This document shows positions 19,847 to 28,392 of a stretch of DNA of 64,000 nt, one piece after another. Location: contig WVXK01000062.1 of the NCBI GenBank assembly GCA_011773515.1, forward strand, positions 164,928-228,927, in the 5' to 3' direction. A program made the translations under genes and the position numbers. Source of the DNA: Deltaproteobacteria bacterium (GTDB lineage Bacteria > Desulfobacterota > Deferrimicrobia > J040). Every line of letters begins with the position of its first letter. Positions within the stretch are counted from its first letter, which is position 1. The notes beneath the pieces are model-generated. The model saw nothing but the letters and a program-made list of their open reading frames with translations, searched no databases and was not told the origin of the DNA.

Positions 19847-21058
19847 TTACCTCCTAACTCCCCCGCTTTTCAAGTAATCGGAATAGGATGGCGATATCTC
19901 CCAGAGTCTCTGCACTATTCCCGGCATAATTTCCAGCACGTAGTCAACCTCATCAGGACGATTCCACTTTCCCATACTGAAGGTTATGGAGCCGGTGCAG
20001 ATATCCGACGGAACACCGATGGCCTTCAGCACATGGGAGGCTACGAGGTCTTCCTCATCCTGGGCTTTCAGGTTCGAGCTGCACGCAGAGCCGCTCGCGG
20101 CCATTACGCCGTTGATGTTCAGGTATATGAGGAGCGATTCCCCCTCCGCAAACTCAATCCAGAAGCTCACGTGACCCGGAAGCCGGCTCACCTCGTGCCC
20201 GGTAAAGTGGATGTGGCTGATCCTGTTTTTGAGCCCCTCTCTCAGCTGCTGTTCGAGGTCTCTCAGCCGAAGGGCATCCTCCTCCATCTCATCCATGGCA
20301 ATTTCGGCAGCCTTTCCAAAACCGACTATTCCGGTAACGTTTTCGGTACCGGCCCTCAAACCACCCTCCTGGAAGCCCCCTTCTTGAAGGGGGGCGATAC
20401 GGGTACCCTTTCTCACGAACAGCGCGCCGGCTCCCTTCGGCCCGTAAAAGTTGTGAGCCGACAGGGTGAGAAGATCTGCTCCCATCCTCTCCACGTCCAC
20501 GGGTATGTGGCCGGCAGAAGCGGTTGCATCACAGTGGAAATAGACATCCTTCTCCCTCGCGACGGCTCCAACCTCTAAAACGGGCATAATGGTCCCGATT
20601 TCCGAATTTGCGTGCATGACCGAGATGAGGATCGTGTCATCCCTGACAGACTGTCTTAACTCCTCCGGATCTATGAGGCCGTGCCGGTCAACGGGAAGGT
20701 AGGTAATCTCGTACCCTTCATTTATCAGCGGAATGAGGGCATTGAGAACGGAGAAATGCTCCACCTCGGATACGATGATGTGCATCCCCTTTTTTTTCAT
20801 CGCCCCGGCAACACCCTTTACGGCAAGGTTGTTGGACTCGGTCGCCCCGGACGTGAAAACCACCTCTTCGGGAGTTGCGTGAATCAAACCGGCAACCTTC
20901 TCCCTTGCCCCCTCGATGGCTCTCAACGCCAGCTGTCCCTGCTCGTGAATATGCGAGCTCGGGTTACCGTACTGACCCACGAAGAAGGGCAGCAGCGCAT
21001 CGAGCACGTCCGGGTGAAGGGGCGTGGTGGAAATATGGTCGAAAAAAACTTTTTTCAT
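19847..21058 (-). CDS. nifS: Cysteine desulfurase NifS/IscS
   Basis: SGSACSS active-site loop and PLP-Lys region (SAHNFYGPKG-type). Sits 4 nt upstream of nifU. Confidence 0.88.
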   Translation of the reverse strand: MKKVFFDHISTTPLHPDVLDALLPFFVGQYGNPSSHIHEQGQLALRAIEGAREKVAGLIHATPEEVVFTSGATESNNLAVKGVAGAMKKKGMHIIVSEVEHFSVLNALIPLINEGYEITYLPVDRHGLIDPEELRQSVRDDTILISVMHANSEIGTIMPVLEVGAVAREKDVYFHCDATASAGHIPVDVERMGADLLTLSAHNFYGPKGAGALFVRKGTRIAPLQEGGFQEGGLRAGTENVTGIVGFGKAAEIAMDEMEEDALRLRDLEQQLREGLKNRISHIHFTGHEVSRLPGHVSFWIEFAEGESLLIYLNINGVMAASGSACSSNLKAQDEEDLVASHVLKAIGVPSDICTGSITFSMGKWNRPDEVDYVLEIMPGIVQRLWEISPSYSDYLKSGGVRR

Positions 21059-21085
21059 GATTCCTCAGGGGGCCGGTTTCTTTCT

Positions 21086-21304
21086 CTACTCATCCTCCGA
21101 GACCCCGAATTCCTCCATTTTTTTCTTGACCAGTGCAATGTGTTTTTCCTCCTCATCAGCCAGGAATTTGAACATTTTCTTTATGGATTGGAGTTCTGCT
21201 TCTTCCGAGGCTTTCAGGTAATCGTTGTAGTTTTTCTTCTCCAGCGAAAGAGCCATCCTCAACACCTTGGAGATCTCCTCTTTCGGCATGTGCCACCTCC
21301 CCAT
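21086..21304 (-). CDS. Small half-ferritin-like (rubrerythrin-family ExxH) protein, paralog of 19243-19437
   Basis: 72 aa, LADEEEKHI motif, aligns along its length with the 64-aa ORF downstream of nifU. Confidence 0.5.
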   Translation of the reverse strand: MGRWHMPKEEISKVLRMALSLEKKNYNDYLKASEEAELQSIKKMFKFLADEEEKHIALVKKKMEEFGVSEDE

Positions 21305-21409
21305 TCATATTTAATGATGTACCATTTAATTTTCAGTTTCAATCATAATAGCAGAATACGACAACACCCCGCATGGCACGATCATTTTCCATCCCCTCAC
21401 CTTCCGGCG

Positions 21410-21420
21410 TGCTACAATAT
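21410..21420 (+). promoter_or_regulatory. Extended -10 promoter element TGCTACAATAT upstream of the tlpA-like gene
   Basis: A TGnTACAAT extended -10 lies 37 nt upstream of the GTG start. The identical 11-mer recurs at 24069-24079. Confidence 0.35.
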
Positions 21421-21456
21421 AAAATTTAAGTCGATACCAAACCGTGTGAGGTCAGG

Positions 21457-21993
21457 GTGAGCCAGAAAACCACAGTTGTGATCGCCGCTCTTATCGTAGC
21501 AATCGCAGGCGGATACATTTTTCTCAAACAGCGGCCCTTGATGATAGGGTCTCCCGGTAAAGAGTCCCGTGGGGGGCATCCACCGGTACTTGCCCCCCGG
21601 TTCGAATTGGAGGATATATCCGGGGAAAAGATAAACCTCGCAGACTTCCAGGGGAAAGCGGTGGTGCTGAACTTTTTTGCCACCTGGTGCCCGCCCTGCC
21701 AGAGCGAGATACCGGGATTTGTGAACATATACAAAGAATACAAGAGCCAGGGGCTCGAAATAATCGGGATCTCCCTGGACAATGACCCGGAAACCGTTCT
21801 CCCCGAATTCATAAGCGAATACAAAATTCCCTACACCGTTGCGATAGGCTCACGGGACATGATCAGCATGTACGGGGGCTTGAAGTCATTACCCACAACC
21901 ATTTTCATCAATAGAAAAGGCGAGATAACAAACGTTCACATGGGATTTTTGGACGAAACGACCTTCGAGGAAGAGGCGAAAAAGATCCTCTGA
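21457..21993 (+). CDS. Thiol-disulfide oxidoreductase, TlpA/ResA-like redoxin (membrane-anchored)
   Basis: N-terminal TM segment plus WCPPC thioredoxin active site. Confidence 0.8.
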   Translation: MSQKTTVVIAALIVAIAGGYIFLKQRPLMIGSPGKESRGGHPPVLAPRFELEDISGEKINLADFQGKAVVLNFFATWCPPCQSEIPGFVNIYKEYKSQGLEIIGISLDNDPETVLPEFISEYKIPYTVAIGSRDMISMYGGLKSLPTTIFINRKGEITNVHMGFLDETTFEEEAKKIL

Positions 21994-22143
21994 TGACCGG
22001 TTACACAATAGCTCGAGGCTTTACAGGACCATTTCCCCGGAAATAGCGCGAAAACGCATTCCTTTTCCTTTCCATCTCGAAATCGCCACGGGAACCGGGT
22101 GCGTCCAGCGCCGCAGAGGGCAGGCAACTGCCGCAAATGTCGT

Positions 22144-22383
22144 TTATACCGATTCGACTCTTTCCACCGACGGGATCTCTTCCTTCAGCGCGACTTCGAT
22201 ACCATTTTTCAGGGTGAGCGATGCCATCGGACAGCCTCCACAGGCTCCTGTCAGCCGAAGTTTGACCACGCCCTCTTCTACATCGACCAGTTCGACATCA
22301 CCACCGTCTGCCTGAAGAGCCGGCCTTACCTTCTCGAGAACTCTTTCCACTGCCTCACGCATAGTATAATCCTCCTTTTTCAC
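22144..22383 (-). CDS. NifU C-terminal-domain (Nfu-type) Fe-S cluster carrier
   Basis: 79 aa with the GACGGCPMA CxxC motif of PF01106. Confidence 0.75.
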   Translation of the reverse strand: MKKEDYTMREAVERVLEKVRPALQADGGDVELVDVEEGVVKLRLTGACGGCPMASLTLKNGIEVALKEEIPSVERVESV

Positions 22384-22463
22384 TATATTATATCATTTAC
22401 CGATGTCTGTTTTTCCGTGTCATTGTGAGCACGTACGTTTGATGTCTCTTTGAGATGGAAGAT

Positions 22464-23102
22464 TCAGTCCGCTGCAACGATCTCGATCCCTGCCTTTTTG
22501 AGCATGCTCTTCACCACTTTGTACCTGTTCGTTTCGATCCTCAGTACAAGGATTTTCATGTCAGGGTCATCGGCGGAAGCCGTTACGACCGAAACGATGT
22601 TGACATCAAACTCACTCAGAAGCTTCGCCACCTTGAACATCTGGCCCGACGTGTTCGGCAGTGCAACCTCGACCCTGTATCCCGGCCTGTTGATGCCCAT
22701 GGCATCAAGAAACGCGTCGAGAATATCAGTCTCGGTCAATATGCCGACCAGCTTTCCGTCCTCCACAACGGGCAGTGCGCCGATCTTTTTTTCCCTCATG
22801 ATCAGCGCCGCCTCCTCAACGGAAGTTCCCGGTGAAACCGTGTAGGGTTTCTTGGTCATGATCTGTTTGATCTTGATCTTGTCAAGAAGATAGTATATCT
22901 CCCGTATCTCCAGAGACGTTGCCGGGGAAGGCGATGCTGCCTTTATATCCCTGTCGGAAACTATCCCGACGAGATTTTCTCCCTTCCTGAGGACAGGAAG
23001 GTGTCGTATCCCCTTTTCCTTGAGAAGGTCAATCCCCTTTTTCATTGAGTCCTCTTCATCGACCCATACGGGGTTTTTCCGCATTCTTCTGGCTACTATC
23101 AT
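22464..23102 (-). CDS. CBS-pair plus ACT domain protein (AcuB-like)
   Basis: Two CBS motifs (HLPVL..GENLVGIVSDRD and IGALPVVEDGKLVGILTETD) followed by a C-terminal ACT-like region. Confidence 0.7.
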   Translation of the reverse strand: MIVARRMRKNPVWVDEEDSMKKGIDLLKEKGIRHLPVLRKGENLVGIVSDRDIKAASPSPATSLEIREIYYLLDKIKIKQIMTKKPYTVSPGTSVEEAALIMREKKIGALPVVEDGKLVGILTETDILDAFLDAMGINRPGYRVEVALPNTSGQMFKVAKLLSEFDVNIVSVVTASADDPDMKILVLRIETNRYKVVKSMLKKAGIEIVAAD

Positions 23103-23178
23103 CTGATACCTCCGGAATTGTTTTGCCGCAAGCCATTTGGAAGTTTACTGCCATGCCAATTACCAGGCAAGCGCAAGT

Positions 23179-23721
23179 TCATCGCTCCATGAAATAATTT
23201 CTGGTCAGGAGGAAAAGATCCTCTTTTGACACAGCGGACATGAGCGACACCTTCAGGTTTTCCCCCGTTTCGAACACCACGAATGAAACCTCCTCTTTCA
23301 TGCCGGACAGAAGTGTTGCGGCATCGAGAAAGTCTTTCCTGGCCGAGGCACTCTTACCTCCCAGAGAATAGACACAGAGGAGATAGAGATTCCTCTGGTA
23401 ATAGAAGGGGACAAATGCACCCTTTACACTCCTTGTTTTGACCCGATGGAGAGAGAGGTATGTAAAACCTTCCTCCGGCAAAGCGAAAGAGGAGCCGAGG
23501 AGAGAAAGGATCTCTCTCTCGAGCTCTTTTTTTTCACGAGTCGCCGGATTTTTCTGCGACTTGTACGTGAGTTTTTCAAAATACCTGAACTGCTCATCCA
23601 GGACCTTTTCTCCCCGAACCTCATTGGACTTCATCATCATTCTCGCAGTAATCAGCCCGATGAGGGCAGTGAGAAAGAGAAAAACAACTACCCTCGGTAT
23701 CCTTTCTCTCTTGCGATTCAT
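23179..23721 (-). CDS. Hypothetical membrane-anchored protein
   Basis: 180 aa with an N-terminal TM helix and no recognisable domain. Confidence 0.45.
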   Translation of the reverse strand: MNRKRERIPRVVVFLFLTALIGLITARMMMKSNEVRGEKVLDEQFRYFEKLTYKSQKNPATREKKELEREILSLLGSSFALPEEGFTYLSLHRVKTRSVKGAFVPFYYQRNLYLLCVYSLGGKSASARKDFLDAATLLSGMKEEVSFVVFETGENLKVSLMSAVSKEDLFLLTRNYFMER

Positions 23722-24068
23722 TCGACACGCACCTGCATCACAAACCCGTCAACGCTATTGCTCGAGAATATGTATTCTATTATCTTCCAATCGCTCAAAC
23801 AACTCTACCCCATTCAAACCTGAAGGATAACACAGTGGGGAGCTCACATTTCCTGAAACGGGCAGCGATCATGCCGAGCTCTGAGATTTCTGCGCCCAAT
23901 GCACACCGTGCTGGGGGATCAAACAGTGGATACGTTACCGGGATGGTGGGGCATAAAACACTGAGCACAAACCTTTTCTCCCCTGCCGAGGGAAGGGACT
24001 GTGCCTGGAACCTTTGCCGGATGCTCCTGCAAAAAGCCGAAATAATTCCCTCCTCCCGTTTGATTCGA

Positions 24069-24079
24069 TGCTACAATAT
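24069..24079 (+). promoter_or_regulatory. Extended -10 promoter element TGCTACAATAT upstream of the GAF/PAS-like ORF
   Basis: Same 11-mer as at 21410-21420, located 45 nt upstream of the GTG start at 24124. Confidence 0.3.
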
Positions 24080-24123
24080 CCTTTAATACGGGGGGAATTC
24101 AGCGCTTTCCGGAAAACTAACAC

Positions 24124-25218
24124 GTGACCGATAAACAGACAATAGAGGACCTTAAGACCGAACTCATCGAATGCTTCGACTCAGGCGAATCCTTCCTCCA
24201 TCTCGGGATGAGCCTGAAACGTCTCCTCCGGTTCCAGCTCGCCATCTTTTTCGAAATCGACTGGAAGACAACAAGCCTCGTTCCTCTAAACTTTTTTCCC
24301 TCGGCCACGCGGAAAGTTCTGAAGCTCCAGAACCTCTCGATTCCATTTGACAGCTCAATTATAGATATCTTTTCCAAAAGCTGGATTCCGCTCAGGAAAG
24401 CAGGTGAGCGGTCAGGTCTCATGAGCAGAGCGATCGATGAACTTCCCGAACCCTTCGTGCTTTTTCCCTTGAAAGTGAAACAGCGGGTTCTCTGCGCAAT
24501 CGGCCTGTCCGGGCTCAAATACAAGAAGGAAAAAGACCTGGATGATCTCTCGGAGCTCTTCCGGCAACTTTCCCCGGTGCTCGAAAAAAACATGGTAATC
24601 GACAAATCGGTGAGGCGAAACCAGCGACTCGAGACGATCATCGGGCAGGGGCCCACCACATATTTCATCGTGAACAGGACAGGCCATATAAATGATTTTC
24701 TCCCCTGCAATAAAAATTTTCTCGGATACACCCCGGAAAATGTGGTCAGAGAACCCCTGTCATTGCTCTTTCCCATGGGAAAACCGATACTGAAAGCCAT
24801 CTGGAAACAGGTAAGAAGCAACAACAACCGGGTTTGGGGGCTGGTGAACCTTTCAAATGGCAGGAAAAACCTTGCTTCCCTCACCGTGGAAAAAGTGCTG
24901 CTCAAGTACACCCTTCAGAAAGAGTATTACCTCGTGGGCATCGAATCGGTGGAAAGTGAACTCCTGGGAAGTACTTCCTCTGAAAAGACCCCCCTGGCAA
25001 AACAAAAGGACGGTTGTTCTGTCATTCGGGTGCATATCTGCCCCGAAAACTTGCGCTGTGTAAGAAGGTGCGGAAAAATGGCAGAATACTCGGGGGAAGG
25101 GGCGTTTATCGTCGACATCGCCACATTCAAGGATGAGCGGTGCGCCCCCGAGAACAACTGCCTCATCGAATATCTCTCAGTAGGTAATCACCCTCATACC
25201 GAAGTCGCGATAGAGTAA
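24124..25218 (+). CDS. Hypothetical sensor-like protein (GAF-like N-domain, PAS-like middle, Cys-rich C-terminus)
   Basis: Protein-like composition. The C-terminal ~80 aa carry six Cys (CSVIRVHICPENLRCVRRCG...ERCAPENNC). The antisense ORF 24117-24911 has a non-protein-like composition. Confidence 0.5.
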   Translation: MTDKQTIEDLKTELIECFDSGESFLHLGMSLKRLLRFQLAIFFEIDWKTTSLVPLNFFPSATRKVLKLQNLSIPFDSSIIDIFSKSWIPLRKAGERSGLMSRAIDELPEPFVLFPLKVKQRVLCAIGLSGLKYKKEKDLDDLSELFRQLSPVLEKNMVIDKSVRRNQRLETIIGQGPTTYFIVNRTGHINDFLPCNKNFLGYTPENVVREPLSLLFPMGKPILKAIWKQVRSNNNRVWGLVNLSNGRKNLASLTVEKVLLKYTLQKEYYLVGIESVESELLGSTSSEKTPLAKQKDGCSVIRVHICPENLRCVRRCGKMAEYSGEGAFIVDIATFKDERCAPENNCLIEYLSVGNHPHTEVAIE

Positions 25219-27195
25219 ACCCCTCAAACCCAGGTCAACCTCTCCATCAACGAACAGGATATCCCGCTCACCCCCCGTGGACTCCTTCTTCAGAGCAAAA
25301 CCCGAGGCTCTCAAGGTGTAACCCTTATCTTTCCCGCCGCTGATAATCTCATTCTCGTAGAGTGAATACTCTACCCCGGCAAGCTTTAACAACCGGGGAA
25401 TAATGGTGGCGTACGAGCTGTTTGCCTCGACATGTATGATCCTGTACCCCTCTTTTACCAGCAGATCGGTAATCGGCTCGGCAAACCTCTCGGGATCGAG
25501 AATATACGGCTGTTTTTTCGCCCAGAAAACGAGATCTGGCTTTATGGTCAGGGTAAATGCGCCTTCCTTTCCCTTTATCGAAATCTTGTGTGACCTGCTG
25601 GAGCGAACACCAGCAGCATCGAGGATATACTTTGCTCCATCAGGGAGCATTTCCGGCACTTTTTCCCTGTCATAGTTATCCTCGGTCGCCTCTGCGTAGT
25701 AGGAGACGACATAGCCCTCTCCTATGGACCTGTCCACGTAATAGGGAATCACCAGTACCCCCGTTTTGAGGCAGTAGGCGTAAATGCTCGATTGAATCGG
25801 GGACAGCGAGGGCAGGTGAAGTCTCTTGATTGCATTCACTTCTCCCTTCAGTAAACTGTCATTCTCCCGGAGCGCGATCAGGTCGGCGTTGATGGAGACG
25901 GACACTTTATCGCCTATGACCAGCTGGGTCGTTCTCCCATCCTTTACCGAATAGTATCCCCCGGCTTTCAACAGGTTTTCCAGGAAGGCATCGATACCTT
26001 TCTCGCTGTCGTGCCTCAGGACGGCGTATCCCATCCACTTATCCCGAAGAACCCTTTCAACTTCCCGGGGGATGGAGCCCCAGAGGTCCAGTATTACATT
26101 TCTTCCATTCGAGAATCTTGCAATGGGATACTTTTCCATGTTGAGCACGAGTTCTCCCCCCCCGTCGAGGGGAACATACATTTCGCCCGAAAGTATCAGC
26201 TTTTCACCGAGCGCCGAGAGCAGGTCGCTGAAGAGGCCCCTTTGCTTTGGAAGGGACATCTGAAAATCGGGGCGCTGCGACCCGTGCGGTCGGGTGGATG
26301 TAATCGTGCCGGCATCGACATCCCCCTTCGTTGCCATTTCTTTCTCAAATACCTTCTCGGGATATGCCCGTTCGACCTCCAGGGTCCCCTTATCTCCCTC
26401 TGCGGGCCGATCGAGCACCGGCTTTTCCGGGGACAGATCTTCCGTCTCAGACTCACCCCTTACCTTTTCATCTCCGACAACGGCGGCATCGAGACTGCCC
26501 GCAATCTCCTTCTCGTCGTCACGTAAATCAGCCTGAGCCTCTCCCGCCACCTCTTCCATGCGGGCAAAAGTGGGTTCCCGCTCACTCCCGTCTTCCAGAA
26601 AATAGCTGTAGTTCGGAAGATAGAATTTCTGCCCGGGATAAATCCAGTCGGGATTTTTCAAAAAGGGGTTTAATTCCCTGACCTCTTCGATATATTTCAG
26701 CATCTCCCTGGTGCTTCTGAACTCGCCGGGCGCAGTCCTCCACAAAATATCGCCTGAAGTCACCGTGTATTCAAATATCTTCCCCTGCCGGACCATACTT
26801 TCCAAAAGATTTTTTTTCCCCAGGGTTCCAACATTCATGGGGAGTTTTACGCGGCTCTCTCTCTTGATCAGAGAGGGATTCGCAATGCCGGGGTTTGCCT
26901 TCTCGAACGCTTCGACGAACAGGGAAAACTCACTCTTTCTGCCACCGAGCTTATCGGTAAATATTTTCCACAAAGAATCTCCCTTTTCCATCCTGTACAC
27001 TTCGAAAAACTTTATCTGCTTTCCTGCTTTTTCGGCAATCACCCGTTTTTCAAGATATATTTTCGGTCTTCCTGCGCTTTCCTTTGCCGCCAGCGCAAGG
27101 CTGTGGCTTCCTGACAGAACGGCGAGGATCAAGAGAAGGGCAATATGACGGTTCACATGATTCTCCTTCAAAAACTGTAGTCGGGAAAGGTACAT
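25177..27195 (-). CDS. Large secreted protein with N-terminal LysM-like repeats, an acidic linker and an unknown C-terminal domain
   Basis: Signal peptide; two LysM-like segments (YRMEKGDSLWKIF, YTVTSGDILWRTA); D/E-rich linker; 672 aa. Confidence 0.6.
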   Translation of the reverse strand: MYLSRLQFLKENHVNRHIALLLILAVLSGSHSLALAAKESAGRPKIYLEKRVIAEKAGKQIKFFEVYRMEKGDSLWKIFTDKLGGRKSEFSLFVEAFEKANPGIANPSLIKRESRVKLPMNVGTLGKKNLLESMVRQGKIFEYTVTSGDILWRTAPGEFRSTREMLKYIEEVRELNPFLKNPDWIYPGQKFYLPNYSYFLEDGSEREPTFARMEEVAGEAQADLRDDEKEIAGSLDAAVVGDEKVRGESETEDLSPEKPVLDRPAEGDKGTLEVERAYPEKVFEKEMATKGDVDAGTITSTRPHGSQRPDFQMSLPKQRGLFSDLLSALGEKLILSGEMYVPLDGGGELVLNMEKYPIARFSNGRNVILDLWGSIPREVERVLRDKWMGYAVLRHDSEKGIDAFLENLLKAGGYYSVKDGRTTQLVIGDKVSVSINADLIALRENDSLLKGEVNAIKRLHLPSLSPIQSSIYAYCLKTGVLVIPYYVDRSIGEGYVVSYYAEATEDNYDREKVPEMLPDGAKYILDAAGVRSSRSHKISIKGKEGAFTLTIKPDLVFWAKKQPYILDPERFAEPITDLLVKEGYRIIHVEANSSYATIIPRLLKLAGVEYSLYENEIISGGKDKGYTLRASGFALKKESTGGERDILFVDGEVDLGLRGLLYRDFGMRVITY

Positions 27196-27953
27196 TCTCC
27201 GGCATGCACACCGATGGTCTTGTACATTTTGGGGCTCACCCAGGGATCTTCGAGAATGCCGTCATGTATCGACCAGGATCTTCCCCTCACGGTTTTCTCC
27301 ATCCCCTTTTTTCTGAAAGGCGTGGACCCGTCAAGTCTTTCGAAAAGAGTCCCCCCGGGTTGAAACTCCCGGTGAATGTACTTCATTCTCTCTTTCCCTT
27401 TTATGTGCGCAAATCCGTATTTTTCGTATATTATAGCGCTGTAGTATCCGAGGGGCTCCAGAAAAAAATAGCGGTGGCCCATCTTCGAAAAGAAGTCATC
27501 CCATATCGAAACGAGCTGTCTCATGAGCCTGAGCCCCTTCCTGACCTGTCCCGGGGCGAGGCCGGCCTCCATCGCCCTTATCTCCTCGGGAACGTTTCGC
27601 CGGACCGTTCCGAAATACGTTTCCCTCCCCGCATCATCCACATCGATGTTGTAGCGTTCAGATTCGGGGTCGTTAACAACGATGAAAGATATTTCCATCT
27701 GGCCGAAGGATGTGGTTGAAATGTCCAGAAACATCACCGGGTCTCTGTCGTCGGGATCCCTCCACAACTCTACCTGGAAAAAGGGCATCTTCCGCGGGTT
27801 TGTAAATTTCACGCACTCTTTGCCGTGAGGGTTTTTAAAGGTCCTCCTGTCGATAGAATAGGTACCGAAAAGTATATCGGGAATAAGGGGCAGCAAAAAG
27901 TCCCTTCTCTCTATTTCCGGCATACTGTTGATGTCGAAGGCTGTCTGCGGCAT
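27168..27953 (-). CDS. Hypothetical protein with C-terminal GNAT-like acetyltransferase fold
   Basis: VRKGLRLMRQLV...YYSAIIYEKYGF resembles GNAT motif A/B. Overlaps the downstream LysM gene by 28 nt. Confidence 0.45.
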   Translation of the reverse strand: MPQTAFDINSMPEIERRDFLLPLIPDILFGTYSIDRRTFKNPHGKECVKFTNPRKMPFFQVELWRDPDDRDPVMFLDISTTSFGQMEISFIVVNDPESERYNIDVDDAGRETYFGTVRRNVPEEIRAMEAGLAPGQVRKGLRLMRQLVSIWDDFFSKMGHRYFFLEPLGYYSAIIYEKYGFAHIKGKERMKYIHREFQPGGTLFERLDGSTPFRKKGMEKTVRGRSWSIHDGILEDPWVSPKMYKTIGVHAGECTFPDYSF

Positions 27954-27963
27954 TGAACCCGGT

Positions 27964-28392
27964 TTAAAACTTCTTGGTCTTCAAGCCATCGAGGGAATCG
28001 AACAGGCTGTGGCGTATATCCAGGACAGGCGAGCCATCCACGGCGTCGAGATGGACTACGTGCAGGATATTCTTTTCGATACCCACTACCTCTACCGGGC
28101 AGATGCCGACCGGGTTTGGCCTGTCGGGACCCCTCGTTCCAAAAACTCCCTTTTTCCTGTTCCTGTTCCAGAGGGTTGTCCTTTTTGCCCGGCCCATCCA
28201 GTAGAGGATATCAAGAATGTCCCCGATACGTATTCCCTCAACACCCTTTTCGTATTCCTGAAATAGCTCCACGCGTGATGCTTCGCTGCTGAGAAAACCC
28301 TGCTTTGGAGCTTCTTTTCTCGATGGAAAAGGAGACCTGATGATCCCGATAGGCCTGATGTAAATTTCTCTCTTGTCACCACCCATATTCAA
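27964..28392 (-). CDS. trmO: tRNA (t6A37-N6)-methyltransferase TrmO/TsaA family (YaeB-like)
   Basis: IGIIRSPF...DRPNPVG signature of the TsaA/YaeB fold. Confidence 0.7.
   Translation of the reverse strand: MNMGGDKREIYIRPIGIIRSPFPSRKEAPKQGFLSSEASRVELFQEYEKGVEGIRIGDILDILYWMGRAKRTTLWNRNRKKGVFGTRGPDRPNPVGICPVEVVGIEKNILHVVHLDAVDGSPVLDIRHSLFDSLDGLKTKKF

Noticed and set aside
20681-21460. 259-aa plus-strand ORF
   Set aside because: It is antisense to nifS.
24117-24911. 264-aa minus-strand ORF antisense to the GAF/PAS-like gene
   Set aside because: Its composition is Ser/Arg/Phe-rich and low-complexity with no domain signal, and the plus-strand ORF has recognisable protein-like structure.
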